From: Octopus sinensis
Taxonomy: Eukaryota
Direction of reading: 5' to 3'
DNA length: 7,771 nt
NCBI RefSeq assembly: GCF_006345805.1
Contig: NW_021828756.1
Location: forward strand, 1-7,771
Of the stretch, positions 6,847 to 7,771 are shown piece by piece. The first letter of the stretch is position 1. Each line of letters opens with the position of its first letter. Under the pieces are notes generated by a model that saw only the letters and a list, made by a program, of their open reading frames with translations, was not told where the DNA came from and did no database searches. A program made the position numbers and the translations under genes.

Positions 6847-6933
6847 TATTTCTTTAATTAGGCACAAGGCCTCAAAATAGAAGCGACAACACAAAAGACA
6901 AACAAAACAATACATGGGGTACATAAAAACATA

Positions 6934-7447
6934 CCGTAAATCCTCGAGTACAATCCGCATTTTTTTTCCAAAAATTTAAATGTCAAAATCCCTCGTGTGT
7001 ACTATATACGAGGTTAAAAATGAAAATTTTTTTTCTAAGCAATGTCCGAGTCTCTATTTGCTGTCCGGCAATGTTTATTCAGACGCATTTTGTGATGTCG
7101 GGCGCGAAAATACCCTAAGCTAAGCCTGAAAGCAACGAAGTCATAAAAGAATCATCCATAACTTGCAGTAAGCAACATTTATTAAACGTTATTACTGTTA
7201 TTTCTTTATTTTCTGCAAACAAAATGCACAAAAATGCTACACGTTTGCATTATGTTATATATACAATAATAATAAAGGACGTTACCGTATACATTTTTAC
7301 AAAGCAAGGACGTTATATAGACCTCCTTGACTCAAGTTAGAGAAGGGGTGCGTGTTATACACAAGGTTTAGGTTTTTCAGAGGTACAGCCCCCTAAAAAT
7401 CCCCTGCGTATTATACTCAAGGGCGTACTGTACTCGAAGATTTACTG
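6934..7447. mobile_element. 514-bp MITE of the Tc1/mariner superfamily (pogo/Tigger-like)
   Basis: 25-bp terminal inverted repeats ccgtaaatcctcgagtacaatccgc (6934-6958) and 7423-7447 match at 21/25. TA flanks both ends (6932-6933, 7448-7449). There is no ORF. Confidence 0.88.
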
Positions 7448-7606
7448 TATAGCGAATGAATTATGAATATAAATGAAAATGAGAATGAAATGGCTTTCCT
7501 ACCCCCGCCAAAGCAGGTAGTTCCATTTTACTGTTTTTAAATAAAGTGTGTACTTATCGGTCTTGTATCTTGTTGGTTTTCTTTTTGTTTAAAAACCCCC
7601 ACAATG

Positions 7607-7771
7607 TCACACCATATGTTCCATCAAATCGTCAAATATCATCACTGGTGGCAATTCACTGCAACGAAATAACATTCCTGTTAACACTATCCTGTCGCCA
7701 AATATTTCCTGCAACCTTCTTGCTCTTTCTTCCTCCAACAGCACCACTTTCTCATCTCGATTTCCATCAAT
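7607..7771 (-). CDS. Possible coding fragment running off the right edge (IDGNRDEKVVLLEEERARRLQEIFGDRIVLTGMLFRCSELPPVMIFDDLMEHMV*); function unknown
   Basis: 54 open codons from the window edge to TGA at 7607-7609. 21 of 54 codons start with G and the composition is protein-like. It is short and has no visible start. Confidence 0.3.
   Translation of the reverse strand: MDGNRDEKVVLLEEERARRLQEIFGDRIVLTGMLFRCSELPPVMIFDDLMEHMV

Noticed and set aside
6209-6861. ORFs 6209-6535, 6393-6716 and 6664-6861
   Set aside because: They cross microsatellites and repeat fragments and have no recognisable domain.
7500-7520. acccccgccaaagcaggt as the partner end of the 6795-6846 Helentron-like fragment
   Set aside because: It is in direct rather than inverted orientation to acctccgccaagg (6819-6831) and only loosely similar.
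7554-7630. Minus-strand TYGVTLWGFLNKKKTNKIQ resembling a LINE RT thumb motif
   Set aside because: Flanked by stops, with upstream RT motifs absent in all frames; probably coincidental.

Overview
Non-coding, repeat-saturated eukaryotic DNA. The repeat families look like those I recall from Octopus (coleoid cephalopod) genomes; this is recognition from memory, not a database result. The window holds at least three tRNA-derived SINE families in several copies (here called A, B and C) and a chimeric SINE nested inside a family C copy. It also holds a 514-bp Tc1/mariner (pogo/Tigger-like) MITE with TA target duplication, two probable Helitron/Helentron-type fragments and many microsatellites. None of the listed ORFs is a credible gene: they are translations of microsatellites or SINEs. 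The only possible coding sequence is a 54-codon minus-strand frame running off the right edge. I see no CRISPR, operon or prokaryotic defence system and cannot support a new protein system. The most notable observations are an 86-bp target-site duplication around a 407-bp SINE, a mobile chimeric SINE with a perfect 35-bp terminal duplication, a hairpin shared between SINE families, and a nested inverted SINE layout that could form long dsRNA.
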